A DNA stretch of 63,077 bases, the filler included, from Octopus bimaculoides (taxonomy: Eukaryota), in NCBI RefSeq assembly GCF_001194135.2. It is 3 parts of 3 records of this genome, joined end to end, with 100 filler letters (N's around TTAATTAATTAA, not from the genome) between each part and the next. Parts side by side here need not be neighbours in the genome. Positions count along the whole stretch, not along the records: positions 24,172 to 52,722 come from NC_068993.1; 2 more parts are not named here. The stretch is one strand, 5' to 3'. The position numbers and the translations under genes were made by a program. A model generated the notes under the pieces. The model saw nothing but the letters and a program-made list of their open reading frames with translations, had not been told where the DNA came from and did no database searches. Positions 36,681-50,562 of the stretch are shown here, piece by piece. How positions within the stretch are numbered: position 1 is the stretch's first letter; each line of letters starts with the position of its first letter.

Positions 36681-38544
36681 GGAGCTAGGCTACAAGAACA
36701 GCAAATATTGGATAACAATGCAGCCCTACANNNNNNNNNNNNNNNNNNNNNNNNNNNNNNNNNNNNNNNNNNNNNNNNNNNNNNNNNNNNNNNNNNNNNN
36801 NNNNNNNNNNNNNNNNNNNNNNNNNNNNNNNNNNNNNNNNNNNNNNNNNNNNNNNNNNNNNNNNNNNNNNNNNNNNNNNNNNNNNNNNNNNNNNNNNNNN
36901 NNNNNNNNNNNNNNNNNNNNNNNNNNNNNNNNNNNNNNNNNNNNNNNNNNNNNNNNNNNNNNNNNNNNNNNNNNNNNNNNNNNNNNNNNNNNNNNNNNNN
37001 NNNNNNNNNNNNNNNNNNNNNNNNNNNNNNNNNNNNNNNNNNNNNNNNNNNNNNNNNNNNNNNNNNNNNNNNNNNNNNNNNNNNNNNNNNNNNNNNNNNN
37101 NNNNNNNNNNNNNNNNNNNNNNNNNNNNNNNNNNNNNNNNNNNNNNNNNNNNNNNNNNNNNNNNNNNNNNNNNNNNNNNNNNNNNNNNNNNNNNNNNNNN
37201 NNNNNNNNNNNNNNNNNNNNNNNNNNNNNNNNNNNNNNNNNNNNNNNNNNNNNNNNNNNNNNNNNNNNNNNNNNNNNNNNNNNNNNNNNNNNNNNNNNNN
37301 NNNNNNNNNNNNNNNNNNNNNNNNNNNNNNNNNNNNNNNNNNNNNNNNNNNNNNNNNNNNNNNNNNNNNNNNNNNNNNNNNNNNNNNNNNNNNNNNNNNN
37401 NNNNNNNATGGGGGGGGGGTGAGACTGGGGCAGAGCTGAAAAAGTAGGGAATCCAAATAAAAAGAGAAGCAGAAAAGGCAGCCTAGAAATGCCATTGATG
37501 TCCTATTCTCTGTAAGAAGTGAAGGGCTTTAGTAGTAGTAGTGGTAGAAGTAGCAGTAGCAGTAGTAGTAGCTGTGGTGGTGGCAGTTGTGGCAGCGGCG
37601 GTGGCAGCGGTAGCGTGCAGTGTGTTTGAATTAATGACTGGATGATCGTGAAATGGAATGCCTCAATTCATTTACCTGTTCCAGCAAGACTAATTGACCT
37701 GGGGCTAAACTAATACAACCTCATGAAGGTATATCTCTATCTGGAAAATATTATTCTGTTTTAGGTAAATTATGCTATAAGCCAACCAACACAAAATAGC
37801 AGAAACAAAGCCCATAGAAGGAAGGAATAGCTGATGAGAGAGAAGAGGGAAAAGACAAAAAAAAAAAGTGATGATGTGAACTTCATAGAGTAAGTATGAA
37901 TGTTATTCAGTCTGAAATAAAAGTGTATATAATTTCAAAACTACAAACCAAAGTCTCAAGAGAGAAACGGGGGACAGGAAAAGTCAATGGATTTAAAAGG
38001 AAGTTGAACGATATGGTACCTTCTGGCAGTGACTTAATATTCTTCCCCAACTTCCAGTTAGCTTTACTGGAATAGGAAATTGAGAAGAAGAGAAAATATA
38101 CAACATATCATATACATGCATATATACATACATATGTGGGTGTGTGTATGTGTGTGTATACATTTATATATGTAAAATATATATATATATATACATATAT
38201 TTTCATAAATATATGTGTGTGTGTGTGTTTGGTTGTGATTGTACTGTGTATTTATTTGTGTGGATATCCTGTCTATAGGCTAAACAAAATGCATTTTCTC
38301 TTTATTTTTGCGGTAGTTATATCCCGTTCTCACTACCACTATATTATACACCCCCAATTTTACATTTCCCGTTTTAGAGTTTTCAATTTAATATTTTTCT
38401 TTTTTGATAATTTTTCATTTTCATGAACCTTTACAGTTAATCCTTCATTCTTTGAAAACTGTCCATACCTTTCTCTCATACAGCAATTAATGATAAAGTC
38501 CTCATTATGTCAGTAAGTTTCTCCTACATGTTTTCTGTATTGAC

Positions 38545-38780
38545 AATACTGGGCACTGGTACAACATAAAAAGCACTGCTGCTGCTGGTGCCACATAAAA
38601 AGCACCCAGTACACTCTGTAACGTGGTTGGTGTTAGGAAGGGCATCCAGCTGTAGAAACCAAGCTAAAACAGAGTATGAAACTTGGTGTAGACTTAACCT
38701 TTGCCAGTTCTTGTCAAGCTGTCCAACCCACACCAGCATGGAAAATGGATGTGAAATGTTGATGGTGATGAGGATGGCAA
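38545..38780 (+). mobile_element. RTE 3' UTR/tail fragment; others at 25862-25965(-), 47340-47530(+), 49035-49225(-) and 53220-53370(-)
   Basis: aaaagcacccagtacactctgtaa...gtccaacccacaccagcatggaaaatgga. Confidence 0.75.
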
Positions 38781-39164
38781 TGCATGCTGGTCTAAGTCCT
38801 ATTGTCCTGCCCTGTTTTATGCCACATCCTTTTCTTGGGTTATATTTAGCAGGATTCATTCTGTCACAATAGGAAAACTTCATAAGACAGCAGCATCCAC
38901 AAATTTTGAAAATATAAAATTTGTGTAGAGTTAAGGCTTCAAATGAACAAACAACTACGGAGTGGATATACAAAGTAAACAATCAATGAAGACAAACATT
39001 AAGGGCCGTTAGGCCAAGACGAATTGTAATGGGTAACCCCTGGGAGAAATTTTGAAAGGAAATAGAATAAATAGAAGAGAAAAAATGTCAGGAGGTGAGA
39101 GAAATGACGTCCAGCCCCGTGGACGTCTTGTCCAGGAAAGACAAGGGTGAGAGGAATATATATA

Positions 39165-39836
39165 ATATTATGTGATGGGGTGGAAACAGTGAGAGGGTTT
39201 TGTTATTTGGAAAATAGGGTGGATGTAAGTGGTGGATGTGAAGCAGCTGTGACTGTAAGAGCAAGACTTGGCTGGGTGAAGTTCAGGGAATGTGGAGCGT
39301 TGTTATATATGAAAAGGTTTTCATTAAAGATGAAAGGAAGAGTATTTAAGAGTTGTGTGAGAGCGGCAATGCTGTATGGGAGAGAGACATGGTGTCTGAG
39401 GGAGAGAGAGATAGTAATTTTAGGAAGGACTGAGAGAGTAATGGGGAGAGAAATGTGTAGGGTGGAGCTGTTTGATAAGAGGAGGAATGAGGACTTGATG
39501 GGGATGCTGGGGCTGGAGGAATCGGTGGAACAGCTGGCAAAGGCAAATGGAGTATGGTGGTATGGGCATGTGTTGAGGAGGGATGAGGAGCATGTTCTGA
39601 GGAGGGTGCTTGAGTCTGAGGTAAATGGACTACGAATGCAATGTAGAGCAAGGAAAATGTGGAGGGGACAGGTGGAGGAGAAGATTTGGAGTGTTGGGTT
39701 GGGAAGGGAGGATTGCCGAAAACCAGGCAAGATGGTGAGATGGTGTGAGGGTGGTTGCTATGGCATTGAGGTAGATCTGGCCACCCCCGTTAACGGGGAC
39801 AAAACCTGGTTTTAAAACACTGGATGATGATGATGT
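39165..39836 (+). mobile_element. RTE LINE 3' fragment (second, purine-rich subfamily)
   Basis: ORF 39147-39815 VETVRGFCYL...GWVKFRECGALL...CVRAAMLYGRETW...WYGHVLRRDEEHVLRR, followed by a (GAT)n tail. Confidence 0.85.
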
Positions 39837-39838
39837 TG

Positions 39839-39871
<33 letters not shown>

Positions 39872-39879
39872 CATATATA

Positions 39880-40258
39880 GCCCCTTGTGAGCAATAAAAA
39901 AATAAGAAATGTAAAATAAGCTTCTATAAAACTAGTTTTTGAGACATCAAATGGCTATGGGGGTCCACCAGAATAAAATAGCAACCATAGAGGTCTATAG
40001 ATAAAGAGAATGATTGTGGACCCCTGCTTTAAATGAATGTATTGGTATGTATTGCAAGAAACATCTAGGTTTCTTCCTCTTGCATTTTACATGGTTCACC
40101 CTACACAAGTAAATGTGTGAAAAAGAAAATAGGAATTTTGAAAGATGTTTCTATAAATCTAGTTTTGAAACACTGAATGGCTATGGGGGTCCACCAGGAT
40201 AAAATAGTAATTAAAGGGGCCCATAGATAAAAAAAAAAAATTGCTGAGAACCCCTGGT
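39880..40258. mobile_element. Two direct copies of a hAT/Charlie-like MITE end
   Basis: tggctatgggggtccaccag...gacccctg at about 39950-40028 and ...gagaacccctg at about 40160-40258. Confidence 0.5.
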
Positions 40259-40390
40259 CTGAACTCTTCAAGGCAGTGACCCAGCATGGACGTAGTCTAA
40301 TGACAGAAGCAAGTAAAAGATAAAAGGAGTGGCTAAACACCACCAGTAACAATCACTATCATTTACAACAGCAATAACAGAAGCACCACC

Positions 40391-40422
<32 letters not shown>

Positions 40423-40527
40423 CATCATCAGCTACAATAAAAACAAGAGCCAGGTCATGTCTTGCAGAATGTAGGCGGCTGTAAAGAAAAAGCGAAACAT
40501 TTCAAATTCAAGTTATCAAATTTTAGG

Positions 40528-41575
40528 TGATGAGGATGACGACGACGAAGACGATGATGGTGGGGACGATGGTGATGATGATGACGACGATGATGGTGGG
40601 GACGATGATGATGATGATGATAATGACGATGACGACGATGATGGTAAGGATGATGATGATGATGATGATGACGACGACGATGATGATGATGGTGGGGACG
40701 ATGATGATGATGATGATGATGACGATGACGACGATGACGGTAAGGATGATGATGATGATGATGACGACGACGATGGTNNNNNNNNNNNNNNNNNNNNNNN
40801 NNNNNNNNNNNNNNNNNNNNNNNNNNNNNNNNNNNNNNNNNNNNNNNNNNNNNNNNNNNNNNNNNNNNNNNNNNNNNNNNNNNNNNNNNNNNNNNNNNNN
40901 NNNNNNNNNNNNNNNNNNNNNNNNNNNNNNNNNNNNNNNNNNNNNNNNNNNNNNNNNNNNNNNNNNNNNNNNNNNNNNNNNNNNNNNNNNNNNNNNNNNN
41001 NNNNNNNNNNNNNNNNNNNNNNNNNNNNGGTGGTAGTGGCAGTGGTGGCAGTGATGGTGGTGCTACTGCTGCCAGTGCTGGTGGCAGTGGTGGTGAAGCT
41101 GCTGTTGGTAGTGGTAGAGGTGGTGGTGAAGGTAGTAATGATGATGGTGGGGGTGGTGGGGGTAATGATAGTGGTGGTGGTGGTGATGGTTGAGGTATTG
41201 ATGATGATGATGATGGTAACAATGATGACAGATGATGATTGATGATGATGATGATGAGAGGAGAAGGAGGAAAAAAGGGAGGTAGCGAAGGTAAGGAGGG
41301 AGAAAGAGAGAGAGAGAGAGAGAGAGAGGAAGTGAATTTCTTTATTGCTTTCACATCCTTCCTTATTTATTTTTAACTAAACAAGTCAGAGAAAGTTTAA
41401 AACCCATCAGATTCCTTTATTTTACCAATTCTTGCCTCAACCTGACTGAGTATCCAATGAAATGCTAACAAATGACGACGATGGTGATGACGATGATGAC
41501 GATGGTGATGACGATGATGATGATGGTGGTGGTAGTGGTGGCTTTGATGGTGGTGATGATGATGCTGCTGTTACT

Positions 41576-41619
<44 letters not shown>

Positions 41620-42018
41620 CGATGATGGAGGTGGTGGCTTTGATGGTGGTGATGATCATGATGATCATGATGACAATGATGATGATGATAGGAGGAGGGG
41701 GTGTTAGTGATAATCATAGCGGTGGTGGTGGTGGTGGTGGGGATGATACTGATTAGGATGATGATGATGGTGATGATGATAGAGGTGATGGTGGGGGTGA
41801 TGGTGGTAGTGATGATGATGATGATGATGATGATAACGATGATGGTGGACGTGATGATGATGATGATGGTTGTAGGGGAGGGATGGAAGGAGATGTTGTG
41901 AGGCTGTGGCATAGGAATGCTGCTGTTGATGGAACTAGTATGGTTGATGATGATGATGATGATGATGCAGAAGGGAAGGAAGAGGATAAAGACGACAACG
42001 ATGCTGATGATGATGATG
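40528..42018. repeat. Compound trinucleotide repeat field (GAT/GAC/GGT) with higher-order units, interrupted by a gap
   Basis: Read directly; source of the poly-M/D/H/V ORFs. Confidence 0.9.
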
Positions 42019-42689
42019 NNNNNNNNNNNNNNNNNNNNNNNNNNNNNNNNNNNNNNNNNNNNNNNNNNNNNNNNNNNNNNNNNNNNNNNNNNNNNNNNNN
42101 NNNNNNNNNNNNNNNNNNNNNNNNNNNNNNNNNNNNNNNNNNNNNNNNNNNNNNNNNNNNNNNNNNNNNNNNNNNNNNNNNNNNNNNNNNNNNNNNNNNN
42201 NNNNNNNNNNNNNNNNNNNNNNNNNNNNNNNNNNNNNNNNNNNNNNNNNNNNNNNNNNNNNNNNNNNNNNNNNNNNNNNNNNNNNNNNNNNNNNNNNNNN
42301 NNNNNNNNNNNNNNNNNNNNNNNNNNNNNNNNNNNNNNNNNNNNNNNNNNNNNNNNNNNNNNNNNNNNNNNNNNNNNNNNNNNNNNNNNNNNNNNNNNNT
42401 ATATATATATATATATTTCCATATATCATATATATATGAGTGTGTATGGGTGTGTGTGTGAGAGAGAGAGAGAATATGAGAGAGAAAGCGGGAGTGAGAG
42501 AGGCTGTGGGAGTTGGGTGGGGCAGGAGGGTTCAGGCGAAATAAATAATCATAGACATTTGGTGTGGAATATTTTTTTTTTCCCCAGAAATATTCTTTAT
42601 GTGACTTACCTGTAATTTGAGTCTGGCTTGCTATTTATTATATCAGAATTAAATTGGTAAAGGATGTCTTTGATATATAAATATGTGTT

Positions 42690-42731
<42 letters not shown>

Positions 42732-43119
42732 GGTAGGTACGAATGTATGAAGGATGTATGGATGTATGTATATATTTCACATATATAATGTCAATTGAAG
42801 GGTATTCCATTTAGTTTAACTGCACATACACACACTGACAAATATGTACTTATTCACATATATATATATATGTATATATGTATATCGTTATGCATGCACA
42901 CACATGCGCACATATATATACTTACACATATATATATATATACATACACACCACTAGAATAAAAACGCTACGTACTCTCAGCCAGTCCAGTAAGTCTGAA
43001 GGACTGTTAATCCTGCCAAGAACTCTAATGCACATGAAACCATTGGTAACATTCTGACCAGTTATAAGCCATAACTAATTACATACTGTTGAACAGAATG
43101 CATATATACATACATACAT

Positions 43120-43645
43120 ACATGACAAAAGACTGAGACTTGCGGAGGTATGCTGTGACTAAGAAGACCAGGCAGATAAAGTGAGTCCACAGCTGTAACC
43201 TACACCAGTGTCGCATAACCAGCCCACTCATAAGTACCTTGGATCATAGGGCGACATGCCATGCTGGTGGAGACCTATTGAGTCAAGTACATCAACATTA
43301 GCAATCTCAAAATCAAATCAAATGGAAATTGTAGTTGTGAGCCCCATGCCAGTAGCATGTAAAAAGCACCAACTGAACATTGCCGATGCCAGTGTCACAT
43401 TCATGGGCTTCCATGCCAGTGGCATGTAAAAAGCACCATTCGATCATGGTCGATGCCAACTCCTCTGGCCCCTTGTGCCGGTGGCACATGTAAAAAGCAC
43501 CCACTACACTCTCGGAGTGATTGGCATTAGGAAGGGCATCCAGCTGTAGAAACACTGCCAGATCAGATTGGAGCCTGGTGCAGCCTCCTGGCTTCCCAGA
43601 CCCCAGTCAAACCGTCCAACCCATGCCAGCATGGAAAACGGACGT
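43120..43645 (+). mobile_element. Short RTE derivative (last ORF codons plus full 3' UTR)
   Basis: Starts at aaaagactgagac...ggaggtatgctgtgac after (TACA)n; three gtaaaaagcacc units; (GAT)n tail. Confidence 0.85.
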
Positions 43646-44161
43646 TAAACAATGATGATGATGCATACATACATATATGCATACAAATATAAATATACAT
43701 AATAAAACGAATGGTTTACACCTGGTAGCTTACTGGTAAAGCCCAGTCACTTTTAATAATTTTCTCACCGTTTTGCCTGTTCGTTTCTTTTTTATCCATC
43801 TGTGATTTTGTTTTTGATCTTCTATGTAAATGAAGATATTCCTTCTGTCTGGCTGCTTTTCTTTCAACAAAATGTGAATTTACGTTGCGGAACTGTTATT
43901 TTAATGAGTTGTGTCTATCACCCGATGAGATACATCTGTACCGCCGGATGCTCCTGGATCAGTTGTTGAGTGTCCCACCCATGAGGTGGCCAGAGGATCA
44001 GTTAATTATGATTTTGTTCAACATATTCCCCCCTCAGATTCACACACTTATTGCAGTGGTCCTTCAGTTTTTCTAAGTCCCGTAAAAGAACTTGGAAGGT
44101 TGGGCCTCCAACCAGTTCTTTTGCAATATCCTTAAACCCAGGAACTTTGTAGCACCCCCTC

Positions 44162-44207
<46 letters not shown>

Positions 44208-44511
44208 NNNNNNNNNNNNNNNNNNNNNNNNNNNNNNNNNNNNNNNNNNNNNNNNNNNNNNNNNNNNNNNNNNNNNNNNNNNNNNNNNNNNNNNNNNNNN
44301 NNNNNNNNNNNNNNNNNNNNNNNNNNNNNNNNNNNNNNNNNNNNNNNNNNNNNNNNNNNNNNNNNNNNNNNNNNNNNNNNNNNNNNNNNNNNNNNNNNNN
44401 NNNNNNNNNNNNNNNNNNNNNNNNNNNNNNNNNNNNNNNNNNNNNNNNNNNNNNNNNNNNNNNNNNNNNNNNNNNNNNNNNNNNNNNNNNNNNNNNNNNN
44501 NNNNNNNNNNN

Positions 44512-44556
<45 letters not shown>

Positions 44557-44558
44557 TA

Positions 44559-45448
44559 CAGGGTGCGATGAGTAAATTGTCACCATTTTATATTTTTAAT
44601 TTCACGCATGCGCATTGTTTGTTTTTGATTTTGTCGACTACACAGTATGGTAGGGTCAGCTGGGCACCATCTGTGAGAAAAACAGCACCATTATGCAATT
44701 CACTCTGCCAGAAATTTGGAAACGACATACTGTACTGCTTGGCATTCATGCTGGAAGCTCCAATACGAACATTTCAGACTATTTGGGTATCAATCTGAAG
44801 ACAGTGCAATCTGAGGACATGTACTGAAAGTGATAAAAATCAAACATCCAGTGAACATCATGGTGTTCAGAGTGATTACTAGTGATGGCAACGTTATGCC
44901 CCCATTCACATTCCCACACAGCCTCACACTCAACACGGGGGCTAATATCAAGTGCCTAGAGGAGGAAATGCTGCCCTGGGTCAAGAGAGTGGCTGCTGGA
45001 AGACTCTATATCTGGCAATAGGACTCTGCACTATGCCACACAAACAGGAGAACCCAGTCATGGCTGTGAGAAAATATCTGCAACCATACCACCCCTAAAA
45101 TCTGGCCACCTAACTCTCCAGACTGCAACCCCAGTGATTATTATGTGTGAAGTGCAGCAGAGTGAGAGACCAACAAAACTCCTTGTAACACCAAAGATGA
45201 ACTGAGGCAAGGATTATGGCAGCATTCACCAACTTAAATGAGGAGACCGCCCAGAATAGTTGCAGGAGATTCTGAAGTCGTCTGGAGGCCATGGTTGAAG
45301 CCAATAGCAATTTTACTGAATAAATTTACTCTTTAGTATTTCATGCTATTTTCATGTAATTTTGGTAAATATATCTGTTAAAATGAGGATGTCAGTGTTA
45401 TTTTTCATTTTTGTGTAATTTAGATGGCAGTTTATACACTGCAGCTTG
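44559..45448 (+). mobile_element. Internally deleted maT/DD37D-like Tc1/mariner element; sister copy at 51718-52407(-)
   Basis: ta|cagggtgcgatgagtaaattgtcacc...cagcttg|ta. Remnant IKHPVNIMVFRVITSDGNVMPPF and WPPNSPDCNP. Confidence 0.8.
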
Positions 45449-47206
45449 TATATATATATATATACACAAATTAAGGGTAAAGGATTATCAATTTATTAAT
45501 TTATTAATAAATCAACAATTAATAATTTTTACCAAGCCCTTCGGTATGTAAGCACCATTATCGGTGGAGAACTTATTTAAAAGTTCATATATATTTATAA
45601 ACATAATTTAGGGATCAGCAAATATTTGCTTCACCACATACCGAAGTTCAGAAATAGCAGCTAAAAAAGCTTCTTGTTTTTGCCTTTGTGAGTTACAAGT
45701 AATGCTATCTGTTGGAGTCTCAGCTTCTTTAGCTGCTATTTNNNNNNNNNNNNNNNNNNNNNNNNNNNNNNNNNNNNNNNNNNNNNNNNNNNNNNNNNNN
45801 NNNNNNNNNNNNNNNNNNNNNNNNNNNNNNNNNNNNNNNNNNNNNNNNNNNNNNNNNNNNNNNNNNNNNNNNNNNNNNNNNNNNNNNNNNNNNNNNNNNN
45901 NNNNNNNNNNNNNNNNNNNNNNNNNNNNNNNNNNNNNNNNNNNNNNNNNATATATATATATATACACAAATTAAGGGTAAAGGATTATCAATTTATTAAT
46001 TTATTAATAAATCAACAATTAATAATTTTTACCAAGCCCTTCGGTATGTAAGCACCATTATCGGTGGAGAACTTATTTAAAAGTTCATATATATTTATAT
46101 TTATATATATGTTTAATACAGAGAGCAGTTTGCAATGCTTCACCAAAAAGAAAAACTATAATCGTCACTAAATGTGACTAGGATGTTAGAAACACTTACA
46201 TTGCTAGAAAAATGAGCTAAAATACTCTAATGCTGTGGTCAAAGTTCATAATTGTATACACATATACGATCAGGGACTGTAATCATCTGAAAACACCGTT
46301 TGAGAATTCCTTATAGCGACAGTCAGTTTCAGCGATTTCCATTACCTCACCAGTAAGGACTGGTTCGACTCCAGACTTAATCCTCTGTCAGTATCTATCA
46401 TAGAAATCTATGGATGATTTAGCGAATCACTAATGTGTATAGAGAAAATTAATGTAAACATATATACATATGCACGGACATCTAAATATATAAAACTAAG
46501 TGAACATGCAAACTAACATGAAGACAAGTTATAATATTCAATGCCATCACATTGTGTCCATGCTGTGTACTTAATAATTCATAGTTAAGTAAGTGCTAAT
46601 GTTTTTAATAGAGGTAACATTAGATAACTATGTGGAAATAATTATCCAGTGAAGAAAGCTCAGTATTAGAGAAAGACTAAATATAGCTCAGTTCTTAGCA
46701 CATAATTATTTCTAGTTAGCAATTTAATGCTCCTTATGTTAAATATGATAACACTAACTTAATTATATCTTTCAGGCAGATGGCGTCTCTAAGTAATTTC
46801 GTTTATTAAATGGAGATCTAAGGTGAAGGATATACTGAACAAAAGCCATAAACAAACAAAAAAAAAATTGTAATTTGTAATTTTTGTTAATTATTCCCTG
46901 TGAGATTTAAATGCTTATTTTGTATTGTTTCATTCTGGGCATTGTGACGATATGCTAATTGAAGCACCAAACACTGATGACGGTCAGACAATGGTAAACA
47001 ACAGCAACAGAATCAACAGAAACATTAGCAGCAACCACAACAAAAACAACAGCAACAACAATAAGAAAGCAATAACAAAAACGAAAGCTGTGCTAACAAA
47101 TTACCTTCAATAATAAAGGCTCAATCTGTTAGACATAACAGCAATTTTTTCTTGACTTATATCAGCGTAATACCAAAAATAACAAAGGAAGGAAAACAGA
47201 TCTATA

Positions 47207-47241
<35 letters not shown>

Positions 47242-48267
47242 TTGTCTGCCTGTCTATCTATCGATCAATCTATCTATCATCCTATCTTATATGTGTGTGT
47301 GTGCGTGAGAGAGAGAGAGAGAGAGAGAGAGAGACGCAAATGTCACCCATGCTGGTGGCATGTAAAAGCACTTATTACACTCTTGGAGTGGTTGGTGTTA
47401 GGAAGGGCATCCAGCCATAGAAACTATGCCAAAGTGGACTGGAGTCTGGTGCAGCCTTCCAGTTTACGAACCCTGGTCAAACCATCCAACTCATGCCAGC
47501 ATGGACAATGAAAGTTAAATGATGATGATGATAATAATGATGTTTGTGTGTGTGTGTAGACACACACACACACATATATATCTTTTATACATAAGTGCAA
47601 TATATACATGTATACACAAACACACATATATAGACGTGTGTGTATATTTATACATACACATACACACATACGTACATTTAAATATGTACACAGACACACT
47701 CAGTCACACAAACATACTGGATACATATATGTATTACCATGAGATAAACAGGAAAAAAAATTAACCATTTGCAAGAAGCTCCATGTCAATGATAATGAAA
47801 GCAATAAGAAATATAGTTAGCATCAATGGAAATTTGATCATAAGACATAAGGATGGTAATTTAATCTCAAACAGAACCTAGTGCTATGACAAATAGAATC
47901 TAATGAAATAAACGTCATACTGAAATACTGTAATATTAGGCACCGGAATTGATAAAAGAATGAAAGAAATACTTAGAAAATGGGCACAGGCATGGCTGTG
48001 TGGTGAGAAGCTTGCTTCCCAAGCACATGGTTCTGGTTCATTCTGACTGTAGAGCACCTTGGGCAAGTATCTTCTACTATAGCCTTGGCTGACCAAAGCC
48101 TTGTGAGTGGATTGGTAGACAGAGACTGAAAGGAGCCCGTCGTATTTATNNNNNNNNNNNNNNNNNNNNNNNNNNNNNNNNNNNNNNNNNNNNNNNNNNN
48201 NNNNNNNNNNNNNNNNNNNNNNNNNNNNNNNNNNNNNNNNNNNNNNNNNGTACATATATATATATCG

Positions 48268-48795
48268 TCATCATTATCATTGTTTAACGTCTGCTTTCCA
48301 TGCTAGCATGGGTTGGATGATTTGACTGAGGCTGGCGAACCAGATGGCTGCACCAGGTTCCAATCTGATCTGGCAGAGTTTCTACAGCTGGATGCCCTTC
48401 CTAATGCCAACCACTCTGAGAGTGTAGTGGGTGCCTTTTATGTGCCACTGGCACAAAGGGCCAGTAGAGCTGGCATTGACCACAATCGGATGGTGCTTTT
48501 TACATGCCACCAGCATGGAAGCCTGTCAAGGCGGCACTGACATTGGCCACATTCAGATGGTGGTTTTTACATGCTACTGGCATGTGGCTCACAACTACAA
48601 TTTCCATTTGATTTGATTTTGATGTTGATGTTGATGTACTTGACTCAATAGGTCTCATCAAGCACTGCATGTTGCCCAACGATCCAAGGTACTTTTGAGT
48701 GGGCTGGTTATGAGACACTGGTGTAGGCTATAGCTGTGGACTCACTTTATTAGCCAGGTCTTCTCAGTCACAGCATACCTCTGGAGGTCTCGGTC
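48268..48795 (-). mobile_element. Short RTE derivative, inverted relative to the copy at 50563-51000
   Basis: Reverse complement of the 43120-43645 family with the same 5' breakpoint. Confidence 0.85.
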
Positions 48796-50562
48796 TTTTA
48801 TATGTATGTGTATCTTAAGTCAAAAACATTGTTTTTTCAGAAAACAAAAAATAGTTTCACCATTCCANNNNNNNNNNNNNNNNNNNNNNNNNNNNNNNNN
48901 NNNNNNNNNNNNNNNNNNNNNNNNNNNNNNNNNNNNNNNNNNNNNNNNNNNNNNNNNNNNNNNNNNNCATACATATATATACATATACATATACACACAC
49001 ACACACATATATACACAACACATCATTATCATCATCATCGTTTAACGTCCGTTTTCCATGCTAGCATGGGTTGGACGATTTGACTGAGGACTGATGAAAC
49101 CAGATGGCTACACCAGGCTCCAATCTGATTTGGCAGAGTTTCTACAGCTGGATGCCCTTCCTAACGCCAATCACTCAGAGAGTGTAGTGGGTGCTTTTAC
49201 GGGTCACCCACATGAAGGCCAGTCACATATATGTATATTTATAGGCATGTAAACATGTGCATGCACAAACATACACTCATACATACATATATATATAGAG
49301 AGAGAGAAAAGAGATGGGTACGTATATAAATNNNNNNNNNNNNNNNNNNNNNNNNNNNNNNNNNNNNNNNNNNNNNNNNNNNNNNNNNNNNNNNNNNNNN
49401 NNNNNNNNNNNNNNNNNNNNNNNNNNNNNNNNNNNNNNNNNNNNNNNNNNNNNNNNNNNNNNNNNNNNNNNNNNNNNNNNNNNNNNNNNNNNNNNNNNNN
49501 NNNNNNNNNNNNNNNNNNNNNNNNNNNNNNNNNNNNNNNNNNNNNNNNNNNNNNNNNNNNNNNNNNNNNNNNNNNNNNNNNNNNNNNNNNNNNNNNNNNN
49601 NNNNNNNNNNNNNNNNNNNNNNNNNNNNNNNNNNNNNNNNNNNNNNNNNNNNNNNNNNNNNNNNNNNNNNNNNNNNNNNNNNNNNNNNNNNNNNNNNNNN
49701 NNNNNNNNNNNNNNNNNNNNNNNNNNNNNNNNNNNNNNNNNNNNNNNNNNNNNNNNNNNNNNNNNNNNNNNNNNNNNNNNNNNNNNNNNNNNNNNNNNNN
49801 NNNNNNNNNNNNNNNNNNNNNNNNNNNNNNNNNNNNNNNNNNNNNNNNNNNNNNNNNNNNNNNNNNNNNNNNNNNNNNNNNNNNNNNNNNNNNNNNNNNN
49901 NNNNNNNNNNNNNNNNNNNNNNNNNNNNNNNNNNNNNNNNNNNNNNNNNNNNNNNNNNNNNNNNNNNNNNNNNNNNNNNNNNNNNNNNNNNNNNNNNNNN
50001 NNNNNNNNNNNNNNNNNNNNNNNNNNNNNNNNNNNNNNNNNNNNNNNNNNNNNNNNNNNNNNNNNNNNNNNNNNNNNNNNNNNNNNNNNNNNNNNNNNNN
50101 NNNNNNNNNNNNNNNNNNNNNNNNNNNNNNNNNNNNNNNNNNNNNNNNNNNNNNNNNNNNNNNNNNNNNNNNNNNNNNNNNNNNNNNNNNNNNNNNNNNN
50201 NNNNNNNNNNNNNNNNNNNNNNNNNNNNNNNNNNNNNNNNNNNNNNNNNNNNNNNNNNNNNNNNNNNNNNNNNNNNNNNNNNNNNNNNNNNNTATATGTC
50301 ATTGTTATTGTGTTAAACTGTCGTATGTCCAAATTTGGCCAAATGTGTTTTTCTCAATATTTATTTTTACTTGCAATAGCCAGTTCTTTTGGTCAAACTA
50401 TCATTTCTCCAGATGCGAAGATATCAAAAGATTGTCAAAGTGTAGTACGATGGTTTTGCTGTGGAATGGTGAAACTATTTTTTTGTTTTCTGAAAAAGCA
50501 ATGTTTTTGACTTAAGATACTTTTGTATTATAGCAACGATATATATACATACATACATACAA

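Noticed and set aside
40455-42615. Poly-Met/His/Asp/Pro/Val ORFs
   Set aside because: Products of trinucleotide microsatellites; no splice signals or domain content.
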